A DNA stretch of 64,000 nt from Candidatus Iainarchaeum sp. (GCA_037441475.1 JBBISB010000001.1:136163-200162); one strand, 5' to 3'. Shown: positions 36,915-47,061, counted from the first letter of the stretch. Numbers and translations: made by a program. Notes: generated from the sequence alone by a model not told the origin.

Positions 36915-37988
36915 TTAAAACGCCCTTGATTCTCTTCTTGGAAGACGAAGACCAACTCTTTTTGTCTTTTCTAAAACATTTCTAACAATTAAATCTATTT
37001 CTTGTATTTTTAATCTACTTTGAAGATCACTCTCTATTAAAGGAGCAGGGTAGATATATCTTTTGTTAAACGAAGAAACTGAAGAGATGTTTGAAACAAT
37101 AAAGTCAGTATACTCCTTTAAAGACAAACCAAACTCCTTAAAGTAAATAAACTCTATCCTTAAAGGATAGTCCTCTTCTGAAAGCTTTAAGTAACAAACA
37201 TAAAGGTTTTCATAAATCTCTTTTGGAAAATCCTTTAATATAGGGTGCTCCTTTAAGTCCTCTGCATACTTAAAAACACATGTTCTTTGATTTTTAGAAA
37301 GTAAAGAGAAAACTAAAAATGAATCAGATAAGTTATACTCAATCTCCTCTTTTATATAATTATTTTTTAAAATATTAAAGAAACGATCAGCTCTAGAGTC
37401 TTCAATACATCCTACAAGAAAAATCTTTCTTTCTTTAAATATATTATATAAAGAAATAAATAACTCTATTAAAGAAGAATAATCTTTAAAAAATTTAGAA
37501 TCCTTTGAAGGTTTTGAAAGATACTGTGGGATAATAGATCCATCCATTAACATAAAGTCTAATTTTTTTGTTTTTTCAATAATCTCTTTTGAAAGAGATA
37601 GTTCTTTTTTAAGTCTTAAAATAGAGGTGTTCCAAATAATCTCTTCAACCTCTAAAGAAGAAGTGGTTAAGTATGGTTTTGGAAGGTTATAGGTTTTTGG
37701 AAAGTATTTAACAGAAGAAAGTTTTGAGTCCTTGTAATTAAAAACAGCACCTGCTTCTTTAATGATTATTAGGTTTGCAAAATTAAATTGCTTGTTTACA
37801 AAACCAGAATCAACTCCTGCAAAACTTAGGTTTTGATTTTTTTCAATGGTTATTGGGTTTACTATTTTTTCTTCTTTGTTATAAGGAGATTGATTGATAA
37901 AAAGATTATTCTTTTTAAAGATAGAAACAATCTTTTGATTTCTTTCATGTGTCTTTAAAATCAAGTTAATAATATTTTCTTCAATCAT
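36915..37988 (-). CDS. nurA: NurA-like 5'-3' nuclease (357 aa)
   Basis: Two DGS-type motifs as remembered for NurA (SFAGVDSGFV.. and FMLMDGSIIPQYL). Size and C-terminal acidic and basic residues are compatible. Archaeal context. Not adjacent to the HerA-like ATPase at 51521. Confidence 0.45.
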   Translation of the reverse strand: MIEENIINLILKTHERNQKIVSIFKKNNLFINQSPYNKEEKIVNPITIEKNQNLSFAGVDSGFVNKQFNFANLIIIKEAGAVFNYKDSKLSSVKYFPKTYNLPKPYLTTSSLEVEEIIWNTSILRLKKELSLSKEIIEKTKKLDFMLMDGSIIPQYLSKPSKDSKFFKDYSSLIELFISLYNIFKERKIFLVGCIEDSRADRFFNILKNNYIKEEIEYNLSDSFLVFSLLSKNQRTCVFKYAEDLKEHPILKDFPKEIYENLYVCYLKLSEEDYPLRIEFIYFKEFGLSLKEYTDFIVSNISSVSSFNKRYIYPAPLIESDLQSRLKIQEIDLIVRNVLEKTKRVGLRLPRRESRAF

Positions 37989-38099
37989 TTTTTTATACCT
38001 TATAAATTATTTAAAGTAACTTTTCTTTTTAAAAAATATTAACGTCCATTTAAACAAATTATTTTATCATAAACATTTTTTTAAAAGAAAGATTATAAT

Positions 38100-39005
38100 C
38101 TACATTGCTTCAAGTCTTTTAATTCTTTCTTCAATTGGAGGATGTGTTGCAAACATTCCTGAAAGACCTCTTCCTCTAAAAGGATTTGCTATGTAAAGAT
38201 GAGCTGTTCCTCTTGATGCTGCCTGTACAGGGACATTAACACCAGATATTTTTCTTAAAGCATTTGCAAGACCTTTAGGGTATCTTGTCATCTCAGCTCC
38301 AAAAGCATCAGCTAAATACTCTCTTTTTCTTGAAATTGACATCTGTATCATTGCCCCAATTATTGGAGAAAGAATAACAAAGATAACAGCAATGATTAAG
38401 AGAACAGGACTTCTATTATCATTTCCTCCTCTTGCACCACCAAAAATAATACCTCTTAAAGCAATATCTGAAACCATCATTACAAGTCCAAAAAGAACAG
38501 TTGCCATTGTCATAACCTTAATATCTCTGTTTTTAATGTGGGATAGTTCATGAGCAATAACACCTTCAAGCTCCTCTCTGTTTAAAACTTCTAAAAGACC
38601 AAAGGTTACTGCAACTGAAGAGTGTTTAGGATTTCTTCCTGTTGCAAAGGCATTAGGAGATTTATCCTCAATTATATACACTTTTGGTTTTGGAAGACCA
38701 GAAGCCATTGAAAGACCTTCAACTAAGTTATCTAAAAATTTATGTTTTGGATATTTATCAGGCTCTATTGGTTTTGCTCTTGAAGTTGCTAGAACAATCT
38801 TATCTCCTGCGTAGTAACCTACCAAAGCATAGATTATTGCAAAGAAACCAGCAAAGAAAAGTATACCTACCCCAAAGTCTGAAAAGATATAGTTTAAGGC
38901 AACACCAATAATACCTATGAAAACAAAAAAGAAGAAAAATAACATATATGTCTTTAAATTATTATTTCTTACTTCTCTATAAAAATCAGTTTTGTAACCA
39001 GTCAT
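38100..39005 (-). CDS. htpX: Zn-metalloprotease HtpX (peptidase M48)
   Basis: HEXXH motif VIAHELSHIKNRD, N-terminal TM helices, C-terminal ..ATHPPIEERIKRL typical of HtpX. Confidence 0.85.
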   Translation of the reverse strand: MTGYKTDFYREVRNNNLKTYMLFFFFFVFIGIIGVALNYIFSDFGVGILFFAGFFAIIYALVGYYAGDKIVLATSRAKPIEPDKYPKHKFLDNLVEGLSMASGLPKPKVYIIEDKSPNAFATGRNPKHSSVAVTFGLLEVLNREELEGVIAHELSHIKNRDIKVMTMATVLFGLVMMVSDIALRGIIFGGARGGNDNRSPVLLIIAVIFVILSPIIGAMIQMSISRKREYLADAFGAEMTRYPKGLANALRKISGVNVPVQAASRGTAHLYIANPFRGRGLSGMFATHPPIEERIKRLEAM

Positions 39006-39105
39006 TTATCATCACGTTTTTTCGTTATTTTTTTATAAACCTTTTTTTTAAACACATATAATTAGTACATATAATATATATGTAAACAAATATAAAAAGA
39101 TATTC

Positions 39106-40095
39106 TTATTTTAAAAGAGTTGAATTTAGGGAGCTAACACAGTTTGCATCAATTCCTAACTTCATTTCAATACTTTTTGCAAAGTCCTTTGTAAACCCAT
39201 GTATGGTAAACACCTTTTTAGGGTTAACCTGGTTTATAAAATCAAGAAGAGAATTATAGTCACAATGATCAGAGACAGGCACAAGGTTTGCACCAATTGA
39301 GTATTTCCAACCTGTTAAGACATAGGAGGATATTTTTTTAAAGATTTGATGTTCTAAACTTTTTATTAAATTAGGGCTCATTAAAGATAAAGGCATAACT
39401 AAGACATCTGAAGAATGTATGTTGTAATCAAGAAGAGTAAACTTAAGATTATTAGAATGGTTATTGTATACTTGAGAATATCTAAAAGTATCTTTATCAA
39501 CCAAAGGTGTAACTTTTAAGTATTCGTTTAGAAAAGAAATAATCTCTTGATTTTTACCTAAGGAATAACCTGCAAGGATTACAAACTTGTTTTCAAAAAG
39601 ATCTTGTTTTATTTTTTTAAAAAGATCATCATAAACTAAACTTCTTTCAGGAAAACTAAACTCCTCTCTTCCAAAGGTTGAATCAATAACTAAAATATCT
39701 GCATTAACTGGTTTTGCACCTTTTAAAAGTAAAGAGGTTTTTGTGTTAAAGTCTCCTGTATAAAGTAGAGATTTTTTTTCATCTTCAAATAAAAACATTG
39801 AGCTTCCTAAAATATGTCCAGCATTTAAAGCAGTTACTTTTAAGTTATCTGTTATAGAGACTTGTTCATTATACTTTACTTCTTGAAAATTAAATTTATT
39901 ATTATCATACCTTCCCTCTAAAAGATCAATTGTTTCTTTAGTTGCAAATGTCTTTTGAGAGGTATTACAAACATGATCTGTATGTGCATGTGTTAAAAAT
40001 AAATATTCGTCTATTGAACATGCTTTTGTTTGATCTAAATTTATTTTTAGGTTATCTTTTAGGATACTAAAAAAGGAAGAATATTCAAATTTCAT
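39106..40095 (-). CDS. Metallo-beta-lactamase-fold hydrolase (beta-CASP-like nuclease candidate)
   Basis: HxHxDH motif LFLTHAHTDHV, downstream NAGHILGSS and TGDF motifs, C-terminal ..VSDHCDYNSLLDFINQVNPKKVFTIHG reminiscent of beta-CASP motif C. Confidence 0.6.
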   Translation of the reverse strand: MKFEYSSFFSILKDNLKINLDQTKACSIDEYLFLTHAHTDHVCNTSQKTFATKETIDLLEGRYDNNKFNFQEVKYNEQVSITDNLKVTALNAGHILGSSMFLFEDEKKSLLYTGDFNTKTSLLLKGAKPVNADILVIDSTFGREEFSFPERSLVYDDLFKKIKQDLFENKFVILAGYSLGKNQEIISFLNEYLKVTPLVDKDTFRYSQVYNNHSNNLKFTLLDYNIHSSDVLVMPLSLMSPNLIKSLEHQIFKKISSYVLTGWKYSIGANLVPVSDHCDYNSLLDFINQVNPKKVFTIHGFTKDFAKSIEMKLGIDANCVSSLNSTLLK

Positions 40096-40142
40096 ATTTA
40101 GATCATTTTTGTCTATATTTTTTAATAAAAATAGATATTAAA

Positions 40143-40351
40143 TGGGGACACCGGGATTCGAACCCGGGTCTACAGGTTTCTCCTATTCTAATTTCACTTC
40201 TCTAAATTTAATTAGATTAAAATAAAATTAAACAAACCTGTAAGCTATCAATCATCTGTTTTTTTTAAAAAAACATCTTGCGATCCAGATTAATTATCAA
40301 AGATAAAAATATCTGGAGCCTGTAAGGTTAACCTGGCTACCCCATGTCCCC
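40143..40351 (-). tRNA. tRNA-Trp (anticodon CCA) interrupted by a 135-nt intron at the canonical 37/38 position
   Basis: Reverse complement gives 5' exon GGGGACATGGGGTAGCCAGGTTAACCTTACAGGCTCCAG (40351..40313). Intron ~40312..40178. 3' exon ACCTGTAGACCCGGGTTCGAATCCCGGTGTCCCCA (40177..40143). 7-bp acceptor stem GGGGACA/TGTCCCC, T-arm CCGGG-TTCGAAT-CCCGG, anticodon stem ACAGG/CCTGT with loop CUCCAGA. No encoded CCA. Confidence 0.8.
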
Positions 40352-40431
40352 CATTTAATAAATATATACAATAAAGTATTTATATGTTTGTGAAAAATAA
40401 AAAATAAATAGAAAAAGAAAAAAAAGAAAAA

Positions 40432-40989
40432 TTAGAAAGAAACCTTAACGTTCTTTCTTTCTTCTGCTGGAGCCTCAAAGAATACTTCCTTCTTGAAATT
40501 AAACATACTTGCAAAGATGTTTGATGGAAACATTTCTATCTTGTTGTTATATAACATAACAGAGTCATTATAGAATTGTCTTGCGTATGCTATTTTGTTT
40601 TCAATACCTGCAAGCTCTTCTTGAAGCATTAAAAAGTTTTGACTTGCTTTTAAGTCAGGATAGTTTTCAACAGCAATGTTAAGTCCTGATAAAGCTCTTG
40701 AAAGTTCGTTGTTTGCTTTAGCTTTCATTGTCATATCAGTAGCACTCATTGCTTGTGATCTTAGTTGAGTAATCTTTGTAAAAGTCTCTTTTTCATGTTT
40801 CATGTATCCTTTAACAGTCTCAATTAAGTTTGGAACAAGATCGTATCTTTTCTTTAATTGAACATCGATCTGACTCCATGAGTTTTTAACTCTGTTTCTT
40901 AATCTTACAAGACTATTGTAGATACCAAAGACAATTAAAAAAAGAACACCAACTATGATTAAAATTATTATCCAAGTTGCCATAGTCAT
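40432..40989 (-). CDS. lemA: LemA family membrane protein
   Basis: N-terminal TM helix followed by ..RLRNRVKNSWSQIDVQLKKRYDLVPNLIETVKGYMKHEKETF.. characteristic of LemA. Confidence 0.8.
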   Translation of the reverse strand: MTMATWIIILIIVGVLFLIVFGIYNSLVRLRNRVKNSWSQIDVQLKKRYDLVPNLIETVKGYMKHEKETFTKITQLRSQAMSATDMTMKAKANNELSRALSGLNIAVENYPDLKASQNFLMLQEELAGIENKIAYARQFYNDSVMLYNNKIEMFPSNIFASMFNFKKEVFFEAPAEERKNVKVSF

Positions 40990-41174
40990 TCTCCCCCGTT
41001 TAGATACCTATTTTACTTTATAAAAAGTCTTTTGTTTTTGTTAATATTATATATTATAGATAAAAAAGAATAAAAACAAATGTTTTTTGTAACGTACAAT
41101 TATTTTTTGTAAAGTGCTATTTTTCCTTGTTATTTTTAAGATGTTTATATATTAAAAAAGAAAAAGAAGAAAAA

Positions 41175-41447
41175 TTATCCAAGATAACAATCTTCTGGAC
41201 AATTTAATGGTGTTTCTCCGATAGCATAGTTACAGTCTAAGTCTCCACAATAAGGGGCAACTGAAAACTGTTTCTTTGCACTATACATGCTACCATTTAC
41301 ATAATAATTTTCTTTTAAATCCTTACTACTTAAGGAAACAAAGAAGATATTTGTAAAGATAAAGATAGCAATTGTAGCTACGGATATTAAAACCATTCCT
41401 TTCTGTCTGTTGTTAGGCATATTTATTCCTCCACTGTATGAAATCAA
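41175..41447 (-). CDS. Small membrane-anchored Cys-rich protein (90 aa)
   Basis: One TM helix (MVLISVATIAIFIFTNIFFV) and a C-terminal CGDLDCNYAIGETPLNCPEDC motif. Confidence 0.4.
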   Translation of the reverse strand: MISYSGGINMPNNRQKGMVLISVATIAIFIFTNIFFVSLSSKDLKENYYVNGSMYSAKKQFSVAPYCGDLDCNYAIGETPLNCPEDCYLG

Positions 41448-41804
41448 GTTTTTGAAAGTTTTTTTAAATTACAAAGGGTATTTATCTGTATGAACATTTT
41501 GTTTGTAATTTAAACTTTGGTTTTCTAAAAAAAGTCTTTTTTAGGAATTAAAGAGTAAATCAAATATATTATAAAAAGAACTGCTTTAGTTATCAAACCA
41601 TTTTCTCGTAATGGTTTACAAATCAAAAAATAATTATGTAAAGATAAATTATAAAAAATTAAAAAGTTATTTTTTAGTTATGTAAAAAAAGTCTTTTTAA
41701 TTATATTTAATATTTAAAGAGAAATAAAATATTAAATTTTTTTAAAAATAAAATTTATTTTTTGTAGAAAATTTAAAAAATATTTATTTTTTTAAAAAAA
41801 AGAA

Positions 41805-41852
41805 GAATTTAAAAAAAAGAAAAAGAGAAAAAAAATCTATTTTCTAGATTTT
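41805..41852 (-). terminator. Hairpin plus T-tract terminator-like element at the 3' end of CDS 41837..42082
   Basis: On the minus-strand transcript: AAAATCTA-GAAAA-TAGATTTT (perfect 8-bp stem at 41832-41852) followed by TTTTTCTCTTTTTCTTTTTTTT. Confidence 0.4.
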
Positions 41853-42082
41853 TTAATTAACTTTGGGAATATAGACTTATTCTTTGGTTTTTCTTTTAAA
41901 GCATCCTTTGGTTTATTTCCTATTGCTCTACTCAGCCTTACAAAACCACTACTTTTACCTTTTGTAACACCAACCTCAGCATACATAGAAAATTTTCCAT
42001 TAACATTTGGTTTTAAGAAAAAACCAACATTAACATCAGGAGCTTTTTTACCCTTTTGACCAAAGACACCTATGTAAGGCAC
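41837..42082 (-). CDS. Lys-rich small protein (81 aa), or the C-terminal continuation of the upstream ORF across an in-frame TAA
   Basis: Apparent GTG start. It is in the same reading frame as CDS 42101..42784, separated only by TAA (42101-42103) plus 18 nt (..KDIWI*VKKIIFVPYIGVFGQ..). Confidence 0.35.
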   Translation of the reverse strand: MPYIGVFGQKGKKAPDVNVGFFLKPNVNGKFSMYAEVGVTKGKSSGFVRLSRAIGNKPKDALKEKPKNKSIFPKLIKKSRK

Positions 42083-42100
42083 AAAAATTATCTTTTTTAC

Positions 42101-42784
42101 TTAAATCCATATATCCTTGTAAACCAAATAAGCATTCTTTAATTTAGCATTACTTTGATTAACAACTCTTAAAGAGCCAGTTAATTTTTTAGATAACTTA
42201 AACTCTTGAATTATATCATACTGAGATAATTTTTTACCATCTGGGAAAGTTAAAGAAATACCAGTAGAAGTATTCTTAGTAGAAGCAGTTGCTTGTAAAA
42301 CCACATCAGAAAGAACAAAAGAATTAAGTTTTTGATTATAGCCAAGCCTTAAGTCTATAGGTGTGTTTAAAACCTTTGAAAGATTCATAGCTAAATATAT
42401 CTGTTCATATGCTTTCTTACTTACAGGTTTATTATCTATTATATAGTTATTACTGCCTACCTCAACACCTACATTATAAGTTCCAGAAAAAAGTTTATTT
42501 GAAATATCTCTACCATATCTATATTCAAAATTTGACATTAAAAAATCTAAAGAACTTTTATCTATATTCTGTATTAAAAAAGTATTTGAGTGAATAGAAT
42601 GTCCAGCACCTTCAACAATAGGAGTTATTGATTTATCTCTAATTCCTGATAGCTCTTGACCAGACAATTTACTTGAACCAACAGAAATAGTTCCTAAAGC
42701 AACAGCTGTTGCTGTTACTTTTCTAGGATCTTGTAGAAATGATTTTATAAAAGATATTTTATCTTTGAAATTAATAATAATCAC
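42101..42784 (-). CDS. Hypothetical protein (227 aa); start overlaps the ppsA stop (ATGA overlap)
   Basis: ORF is 4-nt coupled to the end of PEP synthase. No recognisable motifs. Confidence 0.5.
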   Translation of the reverse strand: MIIINFKDKISFIKSFLQDPRKVTATAVALGTISVGSSKLSGQELSGIRDKSITPIVEGAGHSIHSNTFLIQNIDKSSLDFLMSNFEYRYGRDISNKLFSGTYNVGVEVGSNNYIIDNKPVSKKAYEQIYLAMNLSKVLNTPIDLRLGYNQKLNSFVLSDVVLQATASTKNTSTGISLTFPDGKKLSQYDIIQEFKLSKKLTGSLRVVNQSNAKLKNAYLVYKDIWI

Positions 42785-45183
42785 CTTTTCTTTTCTTTAT
42801 TTGAAACTAAGATCTTTGTCTTAATTAAAGTATCTGGGTTTAGACTCATAGAATCAATGCCAATAGATACTAAAAATTCAGCAAAGTCAGGATAATCAGA
42901 TGGAGCTTGACCACAGATACCTATATACTTGTTCTTCTTCTTTGCAATCTTTACAACATTTGTTATAAGCTCTTTAACAGCTGGATTTCTTTCATCATAA
43001 ATACTTGCAACAATCTCTGAGTTTCTATCAAGACCTAAAGTTAACTGTGTTAAGTCATTTGAACCTATGGAAAAACCATCAAAGACATCTAAAAACTCAT
43101 CAGCTAAAATAACATTTGAAGGAATCTCACACATACCAATAACTTTTAAACCATTCTTACCTTTTTCTAAACCATTCTTCTTAAGTTCAGCAATTACTTT
43201 TTTAGCTTCCTCAACAGTTCTACAAAAAGGTATCATAACCTCTAGATTTACAAGACCCATCTCCTCTCTTACCTTTTTTATAGCCCTACACTCTAAAGCA
43301 AAACCTTCTCTGTAGTTACCTTGGTAATATTTTGAAGCTCCTCTCCACCCTATCATTGGATTAGATTCAATTGGTTCATATTCTTTTCCACCAATTAAAT
43401 TTGCATACTCATCAGACTTAAAGTCAGAGGTTCTTAAGATAACTTTCTTAGGGTAGAAGGCAGCTGCTATTCTTGCTATACCTTGAGCTAATTTATCTAC
43501 AAAGTACTCAACCTTATCATCATAACCTAAAGTAAGTTTATCAATTTCTTCTTTAACAGCTCTATCTTTTATTTTATTATAATTGATTAAAGCTAAAGGG
43601 TGTATCTTTATCCAAGAATCAATAATAAACTCCTCTCTTGCAAGACCAACACCATCTGAAGATAAGAAAGATTGTTCAAAGGCTTGTTCAGGGTTTCCAA
43701 TATTTAACATTATTTTTGTTTTTGTTGTTGGTATCTTTTCAATATCTTGAACCTCTTTTTTAAACTTTAAGGTGCCTTGGTAAACATAACCATAATCTCC
43801 TGAAGAACAGTCAATGGTTATTAAAGATTTATCTTTTATTTTTAAGGTAGAATCTATTGTTCCAACAATACATGGTATACCTAATTCTCTTGCGATGATT
43901 GCGGCATGACAAGTTTTTCCACCTTTGTTTGTAACAATACCTGCTGCTATTTTCATAATAGGTACCCAATCAGGGTCTGTCATTTCTGTTATTAAGATAT
44001 CTCCTTTCTTAAACTTATTAATATCTTTAACATCTTTGATAATTGAGGCAGTTCCTGTTGCTATCTTTTGGCCTATTGAAATACCAGAAACAATTGGTTC
44101 TTTCTTATCTAAGATTGAGTATGTTTCTATTTTGTTTAAATTTTTATTAGATTGTACTGTTTCTGGTCTTGCTTGAACAATGTATAGTTTCTTTGTTAAA
44201 CCATCAATTGCCCATTCCATGTCCATTGGTTTATAGTAGCCAGCTTTCTCTGAATAATAGTCTTCTATAATGCATGCCCATTTTGCTAAAGTTAAAACAT
44301 CTTTGTCACTTACACAGTATTTGTTTCTTTCTGCAATCTCAACGTTTATGTTTTTAACAGGTTTATTACCTTGAGTATCATAAACCATTCTTATTGCTTT
44401 TTCTCCAAGTCTTTTTGAAATAATTGCATTTTTACCTTGCTTTAATGTAGGCTTAAAAATCATGAATTCATCAGGGTTAACAGCACCTTGAACAACATTC
44501 TCTCCTAAACCATAAGCACCGTTAATAACAACAACATCTTTAAAACCAGTTTCAGTATCTATTGAAAACATTACACCTGAAGAAGCTACATCACTTCTTA
44601 CCATTTTTTGAACAGTTATTGAAAGTGCAACTTTTGTGTGATCAAATTTCTTTTCAACCCTGTAAGCTATTGCTCTGTTTGTGAAAAGAGAGGCAAAACA
44701 TTTTCTGCAGGCATCAAGAAGTTCCTCTGGACCTTTGATGTTAAGATATGTTTCTTGTTGTCCAGCAAATGAAGCATCAGGTAAGTCTTCAGCAGTAGCT
44801 GAGGATCTTACAGCAACATCAAGTTCTTTTGTGTTTTCAGATTTTGAAAGTTTATGATAAGCATCAATTATTTGTTTTTCAAGATCTTTTGGTATCTCTG
44901 CATTTCTTATTAATTTTCTTATGTGTGAGCCTTTTTCTGCAAGAGAAGTTAAGTTATTTACATCTAAGTTCTTTAAAGAAGAGGTTATTACTTGTGAGAT
45001 TTTGTCTTTTTCAAGTAGGTATCTATAAGCATCAGCTGTTATTGCAAAACCATTAGGAATAGCTACACCTTTTTTAGTTAAATTTCTATACATCTCTCCT
45101 AAAGATGCGTTTTTTCCTCCAACTACAGGAACATCTTCAATTGAGATTTCTGAAAACCATAAAATATATTTTTCTTTATTCAT
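42781..45183 (-). CDS. ppsA: Phosphoenolpyruvate synthase (pyruvate, water dikinase)
   Basis: 800 aa. N-terminal ..VPVVGGKNASLGEMYRNL.., central phosphohistidine domain ..GGKTCHAAIIARELGIPCIVG.., C-terminal PEP-utilising TIM-barrel motifs. Confidence 0.9.
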   Translation of the reverse strand: MNKEKYILWFSEISIEDVPVVGGKNASLGEMYRNLTKKGVAIPNGFAITADAYRYLLEKDKISQVITSSLKNLDVNNLTSLAEKGSHIRKLIRNAEIPKDLEKQIIDAYHKLSKSENTKELDVAVRSSATAEDLPDASFAGQQETYLNIKGPEELLDACRKCFASLFTNRAIAYRVEKKFDHTKVALSITVQKMVRSDVASSGVMFSIDTETGFKDVVVINGAYGLGENVVQGAVNPDEFMIFKPTLKQGKNAIISKRLGEKAIRMVYDTQGNKPVKNINVEIAERNKYCVSDKDVLTLAKWACIIEDYYSEKAGYYKPMDMEWAIDGLTKKLYIVQARPETVQSNKNLNKIETYSILDKKEPIVSGISIGQKIATGTASIIKDVKDINKFKKGDILITEMTDPDWVPIMKIAAGIVTNKGGKTCHAAIIARELGIPCIVGTIDSTLKIKDKSLITIDCSSGDYGYVYQGTLKFKKEVQDIEKIPTTKTKIMLNIGNPEQAFEQSFLSSDGVGLAREEFIIDSWIKIHPLALINYNKIKDRAVKEEIDKLTLGYDDKVEYFVDKLAQGIARIAAAFYPKKVILRTSDFKSDEYANLIGGKEYEPIESNPMIGWRGASKYYQGNYREGFALECRAIKKVREEMGLVNLEVMIPFCRTVEEAKKVIAELKKNGLEKGKNGLKVIGMCEIPSNVILADEFLDVFDGFSIGSNDLTQLTLGLDRNSEIVASIYDERNPAVKELITNVVKIAKKKNKYIGICGQAPSDYPDFAEFLVSIGIDSMSLNPDTLIKTKILVSNKEKKR

Positions 45184-45242
45184 ATCTTTATCACACCATT
45201 TATTATTTTTAATAATATAATATACCTTCTATTTTAAAAGGT

Positions 45243-46421
45243 TTATCTTCCACCGGCACCACCGCCGCCTCCACCACCACCAAAGCCTCCACCTGAACCT
45301 GAAGAGCTTGTTGATGAAAGATTTGAAAAACTATTTGAGAGTGCAAATGAAGAATAAACTGCAAGTCTTTTATTATTTTCAAAGTCTTTTGGGTTTAATA
45401 TTTTAATATTTTTTAAAACTTCCTTTGCAACTCCAAAAGCAGTTGCATATACTAAATATTCTTCCCAAAGAATAACATGCTTTGGAGGGTGGTTTTTAAT
45501 ATCTGAAAAGTCAGTAATGTATTTTTTAAATCCTTTCCACTTAAGGTTAATTACTCTTCCTTCTTTTGTAAACCTTCCAAAATATTTAGAATTAACAAGA
45601 GCTAATGATGTAAATAAGATTATTCCAAAAAACATAAAGATGAAAGGCATTCTTTCAACAAGAACCATAGTTAAAATAAATAGAAAAATTAAATAAATAA
45701 TTGAACAAATTAAACCATATTTCTTTCCTTTTCTATCATACATTTCTTTATTTTTAAAAAACTTTTTATCATAAGACTCTTTTATTTCTTTTGACATTAA
45801 TGAAAAGTCTTTTCTAAAATCACTTATTTTTTTCATTTGATCAAAAATATTTTCTTTAAAGTTATAATTTCCTTTTAATATTCTTGAAATTTCTTTTATA
45901 TTAAATTTTTCGTACTTAAAATACTTAAATAATAATTGATCAATTTTAGAAATATATTCTGGAAGTTGTAAATTAAGATTATTTCTAATTAAAAAGTAAT
46001 CATCTTCTTCTTTTTCTAAAAAATAAACATTTTTCCATACCAAGTACATTATAGCTGATGAAAACCAACTTTCAGAAAATTTTTCATTAAGAAAGTAATT
46101 TGCAAGAAGGGGGTCTTTATTATCTGGAAGCTCTCTGTAATATTCTTCAAAAAAACTAACCTCTTCTCTTGATAATTCTCTTGAATACTTTCTCCAAATA
46201 AAAAATAAAAATGGAATTATTAACATAATTGCAATAATTATAAGTTGTGTTGACAAAGATAAAGGAGTTATTGATTTTAGATATTTATTATAATCCTTTT
46301 CCCAATCTTTTTCAAGTTCTCTCATTTGCTGTGAAGAATACTCGCTTCCTGAAATATATTGAAAATTTGTAAACCATTCTCTTGGCATTAAAAGATTAAT
46401 CTCAGCAGGTTCTTTTGGCAT
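45243..46421 (-). CDS. DUF2207-like membrane protein with a C-terminal poly-Gly tail
   Basis: TM segments, ..WEEYLVYATAFGVAKEVLK.. and the C-terminal SSSGSGGGFGGGGGGGGAGGR typical of DUF2207. This family is often genomically linked to LemA. Confidence 0.6.
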   Translation of the reverse strand: MPKEPAEINLLMPREWFTNFQYISGSEYSSQQMRELEKDWEKDYNKYLKSITPLSLSTQLIIIAIMLIIPFLFFIWRKYSRELSREEVSFFEEYYRELPDNKDPLLANYFLNEKFSESWFSSAIMYLVWKNVYFLEKEEDDYFLIRNNLNLQLPEYISKIDQLLFKYFKYEKFNIKEISRILKGNYNFKENIFDQMKKISDFRKDFSLMSKEIKESYDKKFFKNKEMYDRKGKKYGLICSIIYLIFLFILTMVLVERMPFIFMFFGIILFTSLALVNSKYFGRFTKEGRVINLKWKGFKKYITDFSDIKNHPPKHVILWEEYLVYATAFGVAKEVLKNIKILNPKDFENNKRLAVYSSFALSNSFSNLSSTSSSGSGGGFGGGGGGGGAGGR

Positions 46422-46533
46422 TACTTTTTTTGCAAAAAGTCATTTAGATTTTTATGATATTATAAATGAAATTCTAACTAATTATGGTAATTTAATATTA
46501 AGTAAAAAAGTTGGAATTGTAGTTGATTTATTC

Positions 46534-47061
46534 ATGCCTCCCAAAAGTTTTTTAATAGAAAATAAAAATTATACAGTTCCTTTAAATGTTTTTGGAAATA
46601 TTGAATATAATGTTCTAGATTTACTTGATGAAGAAATAATTGTAGGACTTCAAAATAATTCTAGAATAAGTTTTGTTGATTTAGCTAAAAAGTTAAATTC
46701 TACTGTTGATATTATTAAAGGTAGAATTAAAAAGTTAGAAGATAAAAAGATTATTTTAAGATATAGTATTGATATTAACTATAGTTTGTTAGATTATGAG
46801 CTTTATAAGACTTTCAAATATTTTAAAGTTTTTTCAAAAGAAACAGAATTAAGATTATTTAATTATTGTAACCAGAATCCTAATATTATTAATTACATAC
46901 ATCAAATTTTTTATTTTGATATTGCTTTTGAAGTAGTTGCAGAAAATTTTAAGCAATATAATTTAATTATACAAAATATAAAACGAGAATTTTCAGATGA
47001 TATAATAAAAATAGAAACTTCTATTTTAAGTGATTATTATGCATTTTCTCATAACTATTAA
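46534..47061 (+). CDS. Lrp/AsnC-family transcriptional regulator
   Basis: N-terminal HTH (..NSRISFVDLAKKLNSTVDIIKGRIKKLEDKKII) followed by a RAM-like alpha/beta domain. Size 175 aa. Confidence 0.6.
   Translation: MPPKSFLIENKNYTVPLNVFGNIEYNVLDLLDEEIIVGLQNNSRISFVDLAKKLNSTVDIIKGRIKKLEDKKIILRYSIDINYSLLDYELYKTFKYFKVFSKETELRLFNYCNQNPNIINYIHQIFYFDIAFEVVAENFKQYNLIIQNIKREFSDDIIKIETSILSDYYAFSHNY

Noticed and set aside
40178-40312. Possible box C/D guide RNA inside the tRNA-Trp intron (as in haloarchaeal tRNA-Trp introns)
   Set aside because: Only a degenerate C-like element (AGAUGAUUGA) is present. No CUGA D/D' box and no convincing antisense guide to the exons, and a segment identical (not complementary) to the exon. 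Not supported.
40143-40352. Extra G immediately 5' of the acceptor stem suggested a tRNA-His-like G-1
   Set aside because: The anticodon is CCA (Trp), and this G would sit opposite A73 in a Trp tRNA. It is just flanking sequence.
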